This document shows positions 25,843 through 39,021 of a DNA stretch of 64,000 nucleotides, in pieces. How positions within the stretch are numbered: the stretch's first letter is position 1; each line of letters starts with the position of its first letter. The notes beneath the pieces were generated by a model, which was not told the origin of the DNA, made no database searches, and saw only the letters and a list, made by a program, of their open reading frames with translations. Origin of the DNA: Phyllosticta citribraziliensis (Eukaryota); contig NW_027117341.1 of NCBI RefSeq assembly GCF_038025025.1, positions 1 to 64,000 on the forward strand, read 5' to 3'. Position numbers and translations under genes: made by a program.

Positions 25843-28800
25843 CTACACCCCCGTACCCGACCTATCGCCCTTCAAAAACTTACCCCAAGAAACACTACGC
25901 GGCAGTCTCTCCACACCAACGCCAGCACCAACGACACCTTCGCCCTCCTGCCACGCGCTCCACTCAGCCAAGCCGGCAAGATGGCGCATGGTGGGCCTGC
26001 CGTGCGGGCAATTCCACGGCTTGTCAATCTCGCCCATCGAGTCGACGACCTTGCGCATCTGGCGGAGCGTCAGGTAGCGGCCGATCATGATGCTGCTGCG
26101 GCAGGCGCGCATGGCAAGCGATTTGCGCACCTTGGCGGGCCGCGGGATGCGCCTGTTCATCTTCTTTGTCTCGCTGTTGCTCTGACTCTCGCCGTGGCGC
26201 TCGTCGTCGGCTTGTGAGGTGGTACTGGTGCCGCCCATCTCGCCCACGAGGACGATCAGCTCTTCTAGGTCCTTGATGCCGAAGACTTCTTCGCGGCCGG
26301 CGCCCTTGACGAGACCCATCTCCTTGGCCACGGGTACGCCGAGCAGCCGACAGCGCTGTCCAACGGGCTGCTCACCGGAGGTGTCGGTCTCGAGCAGGAA
26401 GCCGTTGGCAGCAAAGGGGGCCGGGTTCGAGAGGATCGTTTCTTCTTCAATGGCAGTCAGGGAGAGCGGAAGCGGGTGGACCAGGCGCTGGGGCGTCAAG
26501 ATGTAGGTCGCGGAGAGGCGCTCGAAATTGATCTTCTCGTCAGACGCGTGTTGGTCGATGATGAAGAGGTCGTCTGAGGCGGAGGGTGAACCGCCAGATG
26601 CTGTTGGAGTAGCTGCGGGAGAGCCATCTGTACATGTTGCAGGCCGCACGGCTATAATGAAGCCCAGATTGAATTGTCCGATGATGCGCATGCGAGAAAA
26701 GTCGGCTTTAGTCACAGTGAGTGACAGGCGCTCCTCGGGCGACTGATCCGCGTTTGCCACGTCCACAGCCTTCCCGTCCGCCTCTTGACATTCCTTGAGT
26801 CGTTGTGCCAGCGATGATGCAATTCGTCCGATCTTGTCAACCGACGTGTCCAGCGTCTGGACTAGCTGCAGGGTCGACTGTTTACTGGTGCGGCCCTTGA
26901 GGATACTCGTCGCCCGCTTGATGTTGTTTTTCGATGGCTTCGCCGCTGTCTCCTCCGCTTTGGCAATCATCTCAGCGACGCGTGCTTCTTCGCGCTCTTT
27001 CTTCGTCTCCTCGTCCAGGTACTCGTCATCGTCGCCTTGGTCATTCTGCACAAAGAGCGGGGAGCCTTGCCGTGGAGGTGGCGCACTGGCTTCCTTTTCC
27101 GAATCGCGTGCTGCGTCGGCTTCGTCATCTGACTCTTCAGCGATACTTCCAGGAGCCACTGACTTATCGTCGCCATCAGCATCTTCCAACGCCTCGGTCC
27201 GTGGATCTGATCCGTCGTCCTCTTCTTCAGCGCCTTCGCTCCCACCCCTCTTTCTGACAGGCTCGTCATCGTCAGTCTCATCCTCCGCCTCGCTGCTCTC
27301 CCCAGCCTGGGTGCCAGGCGCCCGAAACATCTTCAGGGCACTGACGAACCCACCCAGCTTGCCACTCTCCTTCTTGCCACTCTGATCCAACAACTTCCCA
27401 TCCAACCCGTACTTGGGCGTGTGAATCCTCCTTTTCTTGTTCGGTTGCGCTGGCGTGCCGATAGTCATGGTCGTCGTTTTGTCGCCAATAGTAATGGTCG
27501 CCGTCTCAGCAGGTGCGCGCTTTGGCCGCATACGATCGAAAGCGTTTTGAATCGGACCCTTAGCCGACGATTGTGTTGCAGATTCCTGGTGATGTTCGGC
27601 GGAGGACACAGCTGCAGGGTTGTTCTCTCCAGGACTTTCGGGCGGTTTGACCACTTGTTCCTCTTTTTCGTCAGAGGATTGCGGCGGCGCAGACTTCGCG
27701 GCGATGTCAAAGCCGATGCGTGCGTTAAAGTCTTGGACCGGACGAGAGAGCGGAGAGATAGGAGCGGGTGCTGGTGACGAAGAGTCGAGCTCCATACTTT
27801 TCGAAAGTGCTCTTGAATCCCCAGGCTCCGTTTCCGCGCGCGGTTTGCCCTTTTCCGCTGCTTCCGTTGCCTTCGGCTTCTCTTTCCCAGCAGGCTCACT
27901 GCGGCGTTGAGCTGGCGCTGGCACCCGGCTCCTGCTCATGACATCTCTGCTCGCAAACTTCTGCATCAGGCTGACTGGCGTGCCATTCGGCTCTGGCGGA
28001 CTGGACGATGGCGGCTCACTGTCTTCCTTCTCTTTCTCTTCGTCCCGCGGCGCTGGTGTCGACTTGGCGAAATTCAGTGGTCGAAACTGGCTCAGCTGCT
28101 TCTTGCCCACCTGCGCCTGTGGCACGCTCTGATCATGCTCCTCGAAACACCTGACAAGCGCTTCCTTGAGCGCCTCCAGCAATGCATTTTGGTCATGCAG
28201 CAGAATGGTGCGTTTGTCGGGGGAGACGTTGACGTCGTACGCGCCCGTGTCCATGACCAGGTTGGCAAAGATAAAGGGCGACTGCGTGACATTGTAGCCC
28301 TTGTACACATCATTAATAGCCTTGGACACCTGCGGCAGCGCGCAAGGCCGCGAGTTGACGAAGAACATCTGGCGGTCGGGCGTCTGACGGCCCTCGCCGA
28401 CGACAGGGCGCGAGATGTGGCCGACGATCTTGACTTCGCGGGTGCCAACGTCTTCCTGCGTGCTCCAGATCCTAGCCGTCTGCGTCCCAAACGAGGCGGG
28501 CGCCATTTCGAGCGTCAGGTCGAGCGGAATGAGAGCCATGAGCGTCTTCGCGCCATACACATTCGCGATATTTTCCCTGGTCGACGGATTCGCTTTGGTC
28601 GAGAAGACGACGACCTTCTTTCCTTTCGCAGCCTGGTTGCTGACCGCAAAGCGCACGCCCGAGCTGATGCAGGCGTAGGCGTGCAGCAGACCGAGAACCT
28701 TGCCATATTCGCGCTTGATGTTCTTTTCCAGCTCTTTGCGGCGCACCGGGAGATTGTGGAACAGGTTTTCCACCACCACCGTTGTGCCCCTCTGACTCGC

Positions 28801-29263
28801 GACGACCGAGGTGCCCTTGAGCTTGCCCGACAGCTCAAAGTCGAGCCTTGTTCCCTTGGCGCCGTCGCTTGCGCGCGCCGTCAGAATATGAAAATGCGAG
28901 AGGGCGCATAGCGAGGAAAGGGCCTCGCCGCGGAAGCCAAATGTTCGGAGGGAGTTGAGGTCTGAATAGCTTGATAGCTTGGAGGTGTAGTGTTTGAGCG
29001 CGATCGTATCGTAGTCTGCAGGCGCTATGCCATGGCCATTGTCTTGAACCTCGATCGATTCGAGCCCGTTGTTTTTGAAGCGTACGTCGATGGACGTGGC
29101 GCCGGCGTCGAGGCTGTTTTCCACGAGCTCTTTGACGACGGAGCAGAGGTCGACGATGACCTGGCCGGACTGGATCTGGTGGACCTAGGAGCTTGTCAGA
29201 GCTGCATCTTCCGAGTCGCAGAGTACGTACTGAGCGGCCCTCGATGGGCGTGATGGTAGCCAT
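25843..29263 (-). CDS. PMS1: DNA mismatch repair MutL-alpha endonuclease subunit (Pms1/PMS2)
   Basis: MATITPIEGRS|VHQIQSGQVIVDL (intron 29185-29230). GHKL motifs KELVENSLDAGA, DNGHG and TFGFRGEALSSL. Endonuclease motifs DQHASDEKINFE, ACR and CPHGRP. Confidence 0.97.
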
Positions 29264-30170
29264 CTCAGCCCATGGTTAGCGTTGAGAGAAGGTGGTTCGT
29301 CGCGTGAGGGTTTGGAAGACGCGACGACGCGCAGGGATGCCGCTAAATTAGTCGTGGCCGCCCTATCAACCAACTCACAGCTGGTGGCAGAACAGAAGTC
29401 ATGGCACGCACAACGCATCTTCAATACTCGTCATTAGTCACCGATAAAATGTGGACGGTCGATCAAGAGAAATGCAAGCTTTTGTTGTCGTCTGTAGGTA
29501 TAGTATCTAAGTGAGCCCAGCAGCCACTCTCGCCGTTTTCGCCGTTTTCGCCATGCCGCAACCCAATACCAACCCACGCCCTCAACCAACCATTTGGGGT
29601 AAATAAAAACTGTCCGTATGTGCATGTGTAGGGGTAGGTACGTATCTCTCGCGCGCATTCAAATCAAAGCGACGCAGAAGATCAGAAGCCGAAAAGAAAG
29701 GAAAAGAAAGCAGAGAAGAACCAACTCCGGCAGCATCAACCGGCGCAGGAGGGGAGAAATCAAGAAAAAGAAGAAAATAAAGAGTAAAAGAAAAGAGTTG
29801 CCATCCCTGGCCGTATTCCAACGGACACTGGGCATGCTTTGGCGAGTGAGCCATGTCATCCTGTAGGCTCTCCGCGCACGCCTGTCCAAGTCGGGAATCG
29901 TGAATGCAGTGATGGATGGGCGCAAAATAGAATGTGCTGTAGTTTGGTGTTGAAAAAGTAGAGCCGCGGACGGTGGAGCAAATTTTCCGTCTCCGTCTTC
30001 GGCTTCAACTCGAGAAGACCAACTGGATAGCTCGTGACTCTGTTTCCAGAGCCCCATGTGCGAGACGCGTTTGGCTTGCTCTGGAATACCGGTTCTGCTT
30101 GAGCTTCATCGTCGAAAGGGCGGGCTCAAAGACCTCCCGTCGTTCAACCTCTTGCTTCGCTACGTGGCAC

Positions 30171-33100
30171 TCAGCGGAACAAGCTCCTCAAGTCCTCCAA
30201 CTTGCGCTTGGCCGCCTCGTGCTTGTCGAGCTTGACATTGCGATTCATGCTGAGATCGGCAAGGTCCTTCTTCTTCTGCTGCAGCTCGAGCATGCGCTCC
30301 TCGAAGCTATCCTTCATGATGAAACGCATGACGGTGACTTCGCGCTTCTGGCCGAGGCGGTGCACGCGGTCGACGGCTTGCGCTTCGGCCGCCGGATTGT
30401 ACTGCGGCTCCATTACGTACGCTTTCGAGCCGGTCGTGAGGTTGAGGCCCAAGCCACCGGCCAAGATGGAGATGAGGATGACCTCGACGCTGGGGTCATT
30501 CTTGAAAGTGTCCAGAGCGGCTGCGCGCTTCTGGCGGGACATAGTGCCATCCAGGCGAGTGTGCTTGATGTCTTGATCTCGAAGTGCAATTGAGATGAGG
30601 TCAAGATAAGCAGTCCAGCCCGAGAAGACGACGCTTTTGATGGGCGGCTCATCCGGATGGTCTTCGCTCCACTGTTGGTTCCGTTGAAGCTCGTCGATGA
30701 GAGCTTTCACCTTTGTATGCGGGCCGCCGTAGCGAGCCATCCTCTTGGCCAACGATGGATTCGTGTTTGAAGAGATTCGCGCCTTGGCTGCCTCTTCCCG
30801 ATCCAACTCATCCTGCAAGAGCGTGAACAACGACTTGCGTACCCAGGACTGACACAATGGACAGTCCGCATAGTCATAATAGATGGAAGAGGCGGAGTTA
30901 GAGTCGGGGTTGGGGTTGGAGGCGTCGCTGGAAGCATTCAAGCGCGACTTGTAGTTCTCCAGACACTCAGGCGAAGAGCAAAGCAGGTGGAAGCACGGGG
31001 TCATGTATCCAATGGTGTTCTCGCGTTTTCCAGCGTCTCCCCCTTCGTCGTCAGAATTCTCGGTACTGACGGGGGCGCCACCGAGCTGCTTGTCGCAGAG
31101 AGCACAGATGTCGACCTCGCTTTCTTTCATGAGATTGAGCATGCTGTAAGCTTGCTTATTGGTCAAAGCAGGCCTCTTATTTTGCTCCTCATCATCATCG
31201 TCGTCGTTGATTTCAATGGCACCGCTGTACGTCATTCCCTCTGCGATCTTCATGTCTTCGTCACTGAGGAGTTCAGCGCCGTGGGCACAGATGAGGCGCA
31301 GACGAGAAATTGCCTTCAAGACGTGACCCATGTCATTCTTTGCAAGTGCATCTCGTCCAGCAGTCATGGCTTGCATCTTGCGAAACGTGTCTTTGGCGAA
31401 GAGGTCAAAGAGCTGGCGTTCGTCGAAAGAGAAGTCAAGGCGCACAATCAGGTCGTGTCGGGGCGGAAGGTTGATCTTGTCTTTCTGGCGTCGAAGAGTG
31501 ATCGAGTCGACCAGGACCCGAAGCTTTGGAAGGATTTCCGGATCTGCGTTTTTGAATGGAGTGAGGATGTACTGCGTAAAGCCATTCTTCTCATCAAACG
31601 GCTTGACGCGCAGAAACTTGATGAGGGCGCCAAGGTCGTCCAGTCTGTTCTGCACTGGCGTACCAGTGACGGCCCATCTTCTCTGACCATTGAGAGAGCA
31701 GCACGCGAGGCTTTGCCTGGTGGACTGGCTGCGAATCATGTGGGCCTCGTCAAGAGCGATCCGGAACCAATTGATCTGAGAGAGTGGCCTGGACTGGTTG
31801 TATTCGCTGGAGACCAGTTGGTACGTCGTAATCACAATGTCATGGTTGGCCAGCACCTTTGCATCGCTTTCGCGGTTGGGACCATGGTAGATGCACCATT
31901 TGAGCTTCTTGCTCTTGAGGTGAGCAACAATCTGCTCTTGCCAGTTGGCCACGGTACTGAGCGGGCAGACGAGGAGTGTGGCTCGGGAGTTGCATTTCAA
32001 GACAACCGGTGGCCGGGGACCACCATTGGCGTTCTCATCGATACCAGCCTGACGAGGATACATGGCTCCAAATGCGCGAGCTTCACCTCGTGTCGCCGCG
32101 ATCAACGACAGGACTTCCAGCGTTTTTCCAAGACCCATCATGTCGGCAAGGATGCCGCCCTGGACAGGTCCAGGCTTCTGCTTCGTCTCCTGTCCCGTGA
32201 TGATGTTATACCACTTGGCGCCGTTCGATCCAAGCTTCCACAAGCCAATGTCGTTGTCTGCGGTTTCTCTCTTCGTCATGAACTGAAGCGCTTGCTTCTG
32301 GTGGGAAAGGAGCGTCGTGGTGATGATTTCCTCGTCAGCCTCCATTTCAGGAATGTCGTCAGTGTTGGCTAACGAATCGAACATGCTGATGACATCCGAA
32401 CGAATCTCGTCCTGGGTGCGCGTCATGGTGTAGGTCAACGAGTTGGAAGAGCTTGGCAATGTTCGACTCTTTGGCGCCACAACTGTCTGAGGGTTTTCGT
32501 ATGGGGTGTTCATTGGGTAACGGGCAGTTGGCTCGCGCAGCCAGACCTGCTGTTGGCTCAAGTGTGCGCCAATCTGCTTGGCGTTCTTGCGTGGGGCAAA
32601 GAGCGTGATGTTCAAAGGAAGGCGACTTGACGCCGCACCACCAGGACTCTCGCCATCCTTTCTCTTCCGTCCATCAATTCGACACATGAGCTGTACTTTC
32701 ATCGTACTTCTCGCGTCGATGAGAGGAGTCAGTGCTTTGGCAATGAAGAAGTCTAGCTGTCCAAACACCACTCCAGTAGGATCGACGACCGCAATGATGA
32801 AGTTGTGTTCGCCCGGTCGACGACGGAGATGCACTTTGAAGGGCGGCCAAGAAGAAGAGGCCCCGTTGATTCCCGAGCCAGGATTGGGAACTACGGTGTA
32901 GTTGGCGATGGCGTTCTCGATCTTGCCGAGGCAGACCACCTTGTTGGCTTCGTCGTGGATTCCAAACAAGCGTCTAGTTCCCGTGACCACAAGGTCATCA
33001 TCTTCTTTGTCATCTAGTAGAGTAAATACACGCTGAGAGCTTGTGGGGGGTTCGACATACCTCCTGTAAGATCCACGACAGGGCCTGCCTCTCTTGTGCC

Positions 33101-33862
33101 CTCATTTCTCTTGTCGGTGACATATTCGCTGAGAACACTGCCACCACCGCCTCCATTGAAGTGGCTCTTCCTCTGCTGCTGGTCTTCCTGGCCCTGGTCT
33201 AGCTTGGCGGTGGACTTCGGCTTGGGCTGGTCCTCGCGGCGCTGAATGCCGTGCAAGCGCTCAATCATGGAGACCATTTCGTGGCCGTCGACGCCCTCAT
33301 GAGTCTTGGGAGTATTCGTCTGAGACTGCGCTGGGTCGCCAGGCTTGGGAGCATTCACCTGCTCATCCGGCTTAGCGGCGGCGGCCGCCTTTGGGTTGAG
33401 CAAGGCGCGGGGGTCGTACTTGGTCGACTCAACACGAGGCCGCTTGTTCTCAGTAGAGGGCGAGTCTGTGCGCTGGCGCTTGACGGTGCCCTTGCCCTTT
33501 GGGTTGAGCAGGGCGCGCGGGTCGAAAGCCGACATGGTCTCCGAATCCTGCTCCTCAGAGGCCTCTGAAGTCGGTGACAGGCTGGGGTCTGATGCTGACT
33601 GCGCATCCGGATCTGGCGTGGCGGTGTGCTGGGTTGAGTTCTCTGGGGACTGCTCAACTTCGGGGCGGGCGGGCGGTTGAACTTCACTTTGCGTTAGTTG
33701 ACGGTCATCCGACGACTGAGGCTCAGGCTGCGGCGTTGTGCGAGCAGAAGAGAGCGATGAAGAAGGTGAGCGTGGAGGAGAGGACAGATCATGGGCGGGC
33801 TGCGGGCTGGACGACATGAGGGTGACGTCCGAGTGGTCGCCTGGGGCGAGCTGCCGATCCAT
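30171..33862 (-). CDS. SNF2-family helicase with RING finger (RAD5/RAD16/HLTF-like)
   Basis: GGILADMMGLGKT, TLLVCPLST, LDEAH, TGTPVQN, a RING (CALC...CFHLLC...C...CPLC), AGGLGLNLT and QAVDRVHRLGQ. A HIRAN-like region precedes the helicase. Intron ~33014-33060. The start codon is uncertain (33862 or 33535). Confidence 0.92.
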
Positions 33863-34129
33863 GTTGAGTGCGAAGTGGCTTGAAGCCAGGAGCCGCTCAA
33901 GGAAAGAAAAGGGTTGATGGATGAATAGCAATGAGAAGATGATGCAAGACGCTTTGGGTGTGAGGGTTGAAGGTGGTGATGCGAAGTGGTGATGGAAAGG
34001 TTGAGGTCGAAGGTTGAGAAGGAAAAGGCGGCTGAGGTGGTGGAGGACGGAAAGAAATGGCGCGCGCCAAGTTGACGGGCCTGGGATGGAAGGTGTTGAA
34101 GCGCAGTGAGGAAGGAAAGGTGGATGTAG

Positions 34130-34595
34130 AATGTCGAGAAGAGGTGGTGGTGTGGTGAAGCAAAGAGATGTCCGGGTCAAGATCAAAAGCGCTTGGAACC
34201 ACCACGCAAAGCGCCGGGGTTCTCGGGCTGATGACAGAAAACAGTGAAACTAAGTGATGCGAAGAGGATGGAGCAGAGTGTCGAGAAGGAGAGGAAGAAG
34301 TGGTGGTGTGGTGAAGCAAAGAGATGTCGGCGTCAAGATGAAAAGCGCCTGGAAGAATGACCACTCAAAGCGCCGGAGTTCTCGGGCTGATGACAGAGAG
34401 TAGTGAAACGAAGTGATGCAGAGAGGTTGGAGTAGAGTGTCGAGAAGGAGAGGAGGAAGTGGTGCGGTGACAAAAGGAAGAAGTCGAAGGAGTTGATATG
34501 CCCAGCCTAGATAAGAACCACGACGCAAAGCGCAGCCTTTCTAGGCTGGTGATGCAGAACAGCAAGACCAAGTGATGATGAAGAGGTGCAAGCAG
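34130..34595. repeat. Degenerate tandem repeat, 3 copies of ~150-160 bp
   Basis: Units start ~34130, ~34278 and ~34437 with GTGTCGAGAAG...GTGGTG...AAGCAAAGAGATGTC...CAAAGCGCCGG.GTTCTCGGGCTGATGACAGA...AAGTGATG. Copy 3 is more diverged. Confidence 0.85.
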
Positions 34596-35559
34596 AAACC
34601 GAAGAGTAAAAGAGGAAGACGAGGTGCAACAGTGAAAGAAGGATGGCGAGAAGGCAATGTAGAGACGGATGGTGCAGTTGGAGGCGAGACAAAAGCAGCC
34701 CAGCCCAGCCTACTCGGCCAGCGTCTCTCCCCCGTGCTCCGCGGCAAGCCTCCGCAAAGCAGAGTCCCTCCTCTGCCTCTACAGAAAGAAAGTCGCAAAG
34801 GTGCAAAAGACGACGCGGCGCGACACTCTGCGCAACGACACGGCAGCGCGGTGCTGTGGTCCGATGGCAGCATTACTCGCTCGCTCGCTCGCTCGCCGCC
34901 ACACGCCACGCCTCTCGCGCCGTCGCGCAACCAACGGCGCGGCGAGAAAGCAGAAAGCAGAAAAGGCACTTACGCAAATATTGCGTCCTCGAGGCGCGTG
35001 GATAGGAAGTTCGGTCGGACGTTTGGTGTGGCGGTTGGATGCATCGAGTCATCCATCCATCGGCGAGGTGCAGTTGCAGTCGTCGATGCACTCACTCACC
35101 CCGGCCGGTCGCCATCTATGACGCGCTAGCCGCTTTGGTCGCGGCATCACCTCAGCACGCAAAAGAAACGTCCGTCGCGGCTATGTAGCTCCCCCTGATG
35201 TTTTCATTTCTCCTCGCGTTGGAAGCATTCACACATGTAGCCAAGGTACCTGCTGTCATTCTATCTTGTCCAACATATGACGCCTGACAATATTTTCCCC
35301 TGCCGTCGTTTTAACCTACGAAATCGCCTGCGCAAAAAGAACAACACACTCGCGGCGAGGTGGTAGCATTTGTTTCATTCCACAAAAAGATCAAGAAAAC
35401 GCCGCCCATGCCCTATTTTGTTCCCGCCCAGCATCACAACGACAGAAGCCGCCAGCGCGCCCAGGCATCGACCCATCCAACACAATTCTACCAAACTACC
35501 TTACACCCACGACGACAAAGATCCTACCACCATCCGCGTACATAGATTGGCGAGCCAGG

Positions 35560-37797
35560 CTAGCACCACGTAAAGACGGGATTCTTGCTCTTGACCGTCT
35601 CCAGGCGCTCGACAATGACGCGCTTGCGGTTGCCCTCCATGTCCTCGGCAGCCGCAAAGCCAAGGTCGCCCTCGTCGTCGTCGCCATAAACGACGGGCCC
35701 ACCACCGCGCACGCTGAAGCTGAATCGCCGCCTCCTCGATTCCGGGCTGGGCCGAGCTCTGCGCGGTCCGTCGTAGCTCATGCGCGACTTGGAGGGCGAC
35801 CGGTGCTCCACGTCATGCACGTTGAGAGCGCTCGACTCGCGCGAGATGTTGAAGCGGTTGCCATGCGGCGGCGGCGACGAGTCGAGCCCGAGGAGATCGT
35901 GTTGCTGCAGGTTCGGTGCTGACCGGCCAAGGGCATTGCTAATGTCCATTTCCTCGTGCTCGTCGGCAACGGACAATTCTTCCTGCTGCCGCCGCATCTC
36001 CTGGCTGGGCCGCTGCAGTGGCACGGCGACCGGAATGTCGACGAGGTCGTCCCATACACACACGCGCGCCCGCCGCGTCAGCTCGAGCGGCCCGTGGTCG
36101 GGCGTTTTGAGTGTCTCGACGACGTTCCATGCTTGGCCTTTCATGACGGCCATTTGCCGAGCAAACATGCGCTCTTTGAAGTCCGCGTCCTGGGAGAAGC
36201 ATTTGCGCAGGGCCAACTGCGTTTCCGACCACCACACCTTTGATGTCAAGAGCGGTAAGAAATGGCGGCGAGTGACGTCGGAAAAGGGTTGGCCAATAAG
36301 AGATACCGGCAGGAATAGCCAGCCGAAAGGATAGCTTCGCCACTGATTCTCGTGTTAGGTCTGAAGCTTAATGATTTTGGAGTTACTTACAGCGTCGGGG
36401 TGTTTCCAAGGCCAGGACAAGCTGTTGTCAATGGCACCAACGGATACAGTCGGCCCGTCATCATCCTCGGGTGAGTTTGCTGGAGTGTTGGAGCGGCTCG
36501 TTGCCACCATGGGTTCTTGTCGTGTGTACGGCTCGCTCGGGGACCCATTCGATCTGCCATTGCTCTTTGGTGGTTCCGCCACGATGCTCGCTTCTTCCGT
36601 CTTGCGGTTTATTCGAATCATCCAGTTGTCCAGCCCTCTATCAGTGTTGCGCATGATGTAGTCAAGGATGACCAGTCTCTCGAGCTGCTCCCGGAAAGAC
36701 TGCTGCAGCCGCTCGGTCCAGAACCCACGCCGCCTTTCTGCCTCGTCTGCCGTCGGTGGTCTTTCGTCGTCTTCGTCATCCGAGTATGATGGGCCGCTTG
36801 GTCTGCAGTCCTCGGTCCATCGCCGCTTCTTCCGTCTCGCAGCGCCTGCGCGCCCGGCGGCGCTGTGTTGGTCGGGCCATGGGTGCTCCCTCAAAAAGAT
36901 GTTTGCATCGCGAAAGCCCTTGAGAAATATCTGGAAGCTGCCAACCTTTTCGGGTAGGGGCTTCTTTTTCCTGTAGTATGCGCGACGGTCCCAAAAGTCG
37001 TAGAAGAAGGATTTGGAGGATAGAGAGACAATGTCGGTGTAGGGTACGAGGTTGGTGCGGAGCTGAGTGTCGAGCACGTAGGCGGCAGCTTCGGACACGT
37101 ACGACAGGTTGGGAATCAGGCAGGCTCTGCCAAAGAAGAATGGAAACAAGTTTCTGTGAATCCACTTGGTCCACTTGGGATTGCGGGACGCATATGGCTC
37201 CTCGTCCTTGGGCTTGAAGACGGCGACGACCTTGCCATCGACATTGCGGGCAAAGTAGCTGCCAGAGCTGCCTTGCGAAATGAGCTTGGGGTGTACTCCG
37301 AGATCAATGGCAGCGCGGACGCTCTCGACAAAGTCGTCGAATTGCAGCTTGGTGATGCGGTCCGTCTGCAGCGAGTCATAGTCCTTGACGAGCGTCTCAG
37401 CCGTGGCCGGGCGGATCCAATCTGGAGCTTGAAACACCGAATGATGAATCTCGAGCTGTTCCTCGTCGGGGGTCTTGCCGCGCACGCGGCGAATCTTGAA
37501 CTTGGAGGCAATCTCGTCGGCCCATTTCTCGAGGCGTGCGTTGATGGCCTTGATGTCGACGCCCGAGTTGCTGCGGGCGCGGAGGCCGGGCGGTCTACGG
37601 CGGGGAGAATCGAGGGTGGACGAGGGCATGCGGGCATGGCGGCGTGGCTGGATGGGGGCATATCGAGGAGCATCGCCGAGGGAAGATTGGCCACGGTAAG
37701 GGTCGTCATCTTCGGAGTCGTCAAAGATGTCGACGTCCTCCTCCTCGGCCTGGGCGATTCGAGCGTAGCCAGAGGTGGCCGGCCTTCCCTTGGACAT
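35560..37797 (-). CDS. LSB6: Phosphatidylinositol 4-kinase type II (Lsb6)
   Basis: ISQGSSGSYF, VFKPKDEEPY, SEAAAY.LD, KVGSFQ.F, LDYIMRNTDR, AIDNSLSWPWKHPD|WRSYPFGWL and C-terminal PVFTWC. One intron ~36343-36390. Confidence 0.95.
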
Positions 37798-38307
37798 TGT
37801 TGGGGGGGGTTGTTAGGTGCGCGAGAGGTGGGATGGTGGCATGTTTCGGCGACGCGTAGAGGCGGAGGCAGTGGAGGTGAGCGGGAGCGGGAGGCTGCTG
37901 AGCCTCATTCGAGACGGCGGAGCTATGACGACTGCCTGGCGCACAGCTGCGGAGTCCCGCGGGAAGACGTGGCCGCTGTCAGCGCTTGGAGGCCAGGCGA
38001 GAGCGGCCACGGGGCCGTGTGGCGGTGCGCAGCCAATCAGCGGCCTGGCCGCTGGCAGTTGGCGCCACAGTGCAGCAGACCCCTTTTCTCGCTCCACCAC
38101 GGCACTGCAGACGTCACTCTAGGCCATCCCATGATGATGTGCGGTACCCACGATTCCCCGAGCCCAGACTTCTCGTCAACATGGCCTGGTCCGTGTGGGA
38201 GTCAATTGGATTGAATACGCGTCTTGGAGCACAATGGTTGCTGTTTGGGAGTACAAGACACATGGTCAAAACAAAACCCGGTTCCAGTGCATACATAGCC
38301 ATCCACC

Positions 38308-38410
38308 ATATCTAATCTCAGATAGCATGCCTCTCCCTATCCCTACCTATCTGATAACCACAGCACAGGGAGCATCAAATGGTCAGGTCAGGGGCCGCAT
38401 ATCTTATCAG
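38308..38410. promoter_or_regulatory. Cluster of GATA (HGATAR-type) sites upstream of areB
   Basis: Within ~100 bp: ATATCT, AGATAG, CTATCC, CTATCTGATAA and ATATCTTATCA. Confidence 0.55.
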
Positions 38411-39021
38411 CACCCCTGTGACGGGCGGGCCGTCGAGCGTGGATCCACCAACAAACACCATCCTGTCGCTCCCAAGGCTGAGACACGACTGATTTCCACC
38501 GCATGGTCAAATTTCCGCGCTGTTAGGAGTAGCGGCGGGACGAGGCGTCGACGAGCTGTCGTGGTGAGGAGGTGGCGGCATTGCTGACCTGCGGACCGGT
38601 GGGCATACACCAACGCGTGACATGCGACTGGACTTCAGTAGGTGGTTAATGAAACAGTACGAACAAGCAAAAAAAAAGCCACTGGCTCTGGGCGGCGGAT
38701 ATTCCAGCCAGCGGCAGATCGCCCAGCGCGGTGCCTGTCGATCGTGAAATTGTGCAACCAGTCCAGCAGCTACCTACTGTGCGAGTAAAATTAGAATGTT
38801 GGCGCCGCGATGTGCTTCTTTTATCGCCATCCCTGGCTTCACTCGACGCCCAGGGGCCCCTTATTCGCTGCCCGTTATGCTTTTATCGTTCCGTACCGCG
38901 TCTTGGTTCCGTTGTCTGCCCTGCCCATCCATTCAACGTCCATACCTACCGTACCGTACCGTCTATACCACCTCACCCGAACCGTCGAGAAGCGCGTCGC
39001 GTTTCTCCCACCACCGTCACC

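Noticed and set aside
30987..32372. Long antisense ORFs (461 aa here; also 47447-49234, 42911-44014, 37156-38214, 27907-28911)
   Set aside because: Shadows of codon-biased, GC3-rich genes on the opposite strand, with no motifs.
34130..34595. Possible CRISPR-like array
   Set aside because: Whole units are similar with no unique spacers, the context is eukaryotic, and no cas genes are present.
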